Of a DNA stretch of 64,000 nt, positions 61,691 through 64,000 are shown piece by piece. The DNA comes from Gnetum montanum (lineage: Eukaryota > Plantae > Gnetophyta): contig MNCI01000273.1 of the NCBI GenBank assembly GCA_015680685.1, positions 214,324 through 278,323 on the forward strand, read 5' to 3'. The notes beneath the pieces are model-generated. The model had not been told where the DNA came from and did no database searches. It saw only the letters and a list, made by a program, of their open reading frames with translations. The translations under genes and the position numbers were made by a program. Within the stretch, counting starts at the first letter, position 1. Every line of letters begins with the position of its first letter.

Positions 61691-62770
61691 ACCTACAGAT
61701 TGCTGCCATGTAAATCAAGCAAGCATGATCATCTCTGTATAGTTGCATGACAAATGAGGTGAGATACTGGGACAATCCCAACGTCGCCACCCCACCGGCA
61801 TCCTATTGATTCCTCGGATGAGCTGAGAGGCATCTTACTGATCCCTCAGAGATGCCACCGCTACGCCCACTACAACGGTGGTACCTCTGAGAGTTTAGTC
61901 TCACCAGCCGAAGCCCCGACGCAATCCTCGACGACAGCGACCTCGGCAACCTCCACCGATCATCGCTATCGGATGTCGGCTTCGCAAATTCATCTAGCTG
62001 GTTTCCTGTATAACCAGTTAGCTACACTATGTCTGATGCCTTTTGGTGAAGATATGTTGGGCCAATCGTCAGGATTGGTGGCTCCACCCTCATGCTCCAG
62101 CTCCTTCTTCACGACCCAATCGCTCTATCTTGCATCAAACGGTGCTCGTTTCGACAACCTCGCCTCTTGTTCGCATGAGCGATGGTGTCCTCTGTTTTCT
62201 TCTGTGGTTGCAGGTTACTTGTTTTGAGGATGTCGTTCAAAGATGCGTTCACCTAAGTGGTGAAAGACAACAACGTCTTGAGATGGCTGCTCAGGTTTGC
62301 CCGACCACTTAGATCTGCATGCCTATACCCCTCATCATCCCTACCTTCCTTTTCCTGTATGCAAAAGCTAAATATGCAAGTATCCATTTTTCGCAGTCGC
62401 ACTAGCAGAGATATCGTAGAAGTGATGCACTGTGCTCCTTTTGCAAGCATTCTTGCTATAATTGGTGACAGAGAGATCTCAGGCTGATGCGCTACGTTCG
62501 TCTGAAAGCATTCCTGTCGACATAAATGTGCATACATTTCTATGTGTTCAGTAAGCGTATTCCATACTCCTACCATCCTCACTCATTTTACATCTTCTCT
62601 GAACCTGTTTCCTACTATGTCATTCTATCTCCCATTCCCTCTAGCTTTTCTCTTCTATGTTGACAGGGCAATGCTTGAGTAGCCATGGATGGACGTTGTT
62701 CTTGCTTCTACCAATCTAGTGTTTCGCATTCTTTGTCGACGTCTTTCAGGCAAGCCCTCCAACCATCAAC

Positions 62771-62779
62771 AAACAGGGG
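62771..62779 (+). other. Polypurine tract of D
   Basis: AAACAGGGG then CCAT immediately before the 3' LTR. Confidence 0.7.
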
Positions 62780-62783
62780 CCAT

Positions 62784-64000
62784 TGAAACACCGTGAAAAT
62801 TGCGAGTCGGCCTCAGGCAAAGATTCGTAATTCAGGCAAGGGCACATGTCAGAATTCCAGAAGGGAGAATAAGACAGAGCAACACCAAGAGGCGCATAGC
62901 ATCAAATCTTCAACTTCTCGTGAAGATTCCTAATCTTACTATGTTTTCTCTAATTACGCTAGGCCACGCGACATAGCGTAATGGCACTTAGCGTGATTCT
63001 GTTTAAACATAGTCCGACATTAGAAGGCTAGTTACTTCGGCATAGGGAGAGGCTTGAGCAGCATAATATGTGACTTCTTGTATATTTTGCTAAGTCTTTT
63101 GTTCAAGGCCAGGTTTACGCTCTGTTACGCACGGTAGCATAATGAGCTCCAAAACAGTCAAAGGCAAAGTCTAAGAAAGTATGATTGCTCATCATACGCT
63201 CATTACGCAACGTAGCGTGTCGCAGCATATTGCACCGCCAAGCTAAACATTGTTTTACGCTTCCTTACGCGCGGCTGCGTAAGCAAGCGTAAAAAAACTT
63301 GAATTGATTGTTTCCATGCTATGTTATGCTCGTGCACACAATGCTGCGTGAATGAGTATAATATAACCGAAAGATAGTTGAAACATGCCCGACGTGCATC
63401 TATTCTTTACGTGCACAATACGCAAAATAAGTGTATTGTGCGTAGTCATGAAGTTTGACACAAAAATGGTCAAGCCAACAGTACCCTAAACATTTGGGAC
63501 ACACGTCATCAGGGTTACACCTTTTCTACAGGACATCGCAACTTATAAATACCCCAGTTGACAAAGATACAGGGGTTGGCAAATCAAAGAAGCAAAGGCA
63601 TTTTTCTGAGCACTGGAGCACTTATCACTTTTGAGCAGAGATATAGAGAGTAGCACTTTGGCAATTGTTGATAGCATCACCTTCCGGCAGGAAGAGAGCA
63701 TAGTTCTCTTTGAGCATCGGCAACACAGCCTTTCTCTATCAGCGACCATTGGCGGTCCTAAAAAGAAACAACCTAAGGTGAAAGAAGCAGATCCAAGATC
63801 GTGGGATCATCTTGCATGGTTCGTAGGCTCTATTGGTCAAAAACAGTTGATCGATAGATGTCACAGCTTGACCTTCCTTGCATCCCATCTTTGGCCCACG
63901 AGGTATATCAGACTTCTATTTGGATAGTTTTCTTGTTGTTTTGGGCCTGCTTTACGTCAAGTAATCAGGGTCTCCCCCATTGTAATGTGATATACAAAAT
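62784..64000 (+). repeat. 3' LTR of element D (truncated by window end)
   Basis: Direct repeat of 52096 onward. Confidence 0.95.

Larger units (their letters stand above)
52096..64000 (+). mobile_element. Element D: youngest Tat-like gypsy retrotransposon, internally deleted (RT core missing); runs off the window
   Basis: 5' LTR 52096-53638, PBS, gag-PR, antisense gene remnant, RT C-terminus-RH-aRH-INT, PPT and 3' LTR from 62784. The LTRs differ at 8 of the first ~117 nt. Predicted TSD ACATC (52091-52095); the second copy lies outside the window. Confidence 0.95.

Noticed and set aside
61121-61750. 209-aa ORF with DAKLA repeats
   Set aside because: It is the translation of the post-integrase tandem DNA array, which also gives ORFs in other frames and on the other strand; no sign of protein-level selection.

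Overview
Land-plant nuclear DNA made almost entirely of nested, mostly decayed LTR retrotransposons; I found no host gene. There are five related Ty3/gypsy Tat-clade (Ogre/Retand-like) elements. Domain order is GAG-PR-RT-RH-aRH-INT where pol is visible, and a tRNA-Asn-type PBS follows each 5' LTR that can be seen. A (1-1977, +, 3' end only) sits in the 5' LTR of B (1978-37209, +). B also contains full-length C (8798-25503, -, TSD CACAA/CATAA) and a solo LTR (33906-35062, TSD ACTCC), and B itself interrupts E (37210-46265, -). The youngest copy D (52096 to beyond 64000, +) sits in the 5' region of an Athila-like element. That Athila-like LTR and a Met-primed Tekay-like LTR sandwich a 240-bp PIF1-helicase relic. 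The main observation: in B and C the protease and RT are separated by a ~7-kb spacer, and B, C, D and E all carry parts of a conserved, multi-intron gene in ANTISENSE orientation downstream of the protease. It encodes an FCP1/NIF-like HAD (pseudo)phosphatase domain, a plant-mobile-domain-like region, charged/coiled-coil segments and an acidic tail. It is nearly complete in B and E, reduced in C, and only its 3' end remains in D. Family-specific short motif arrays occur both near this gene and in the LTRs. All domain calls come from manual translation and motif recognition, not database searches.
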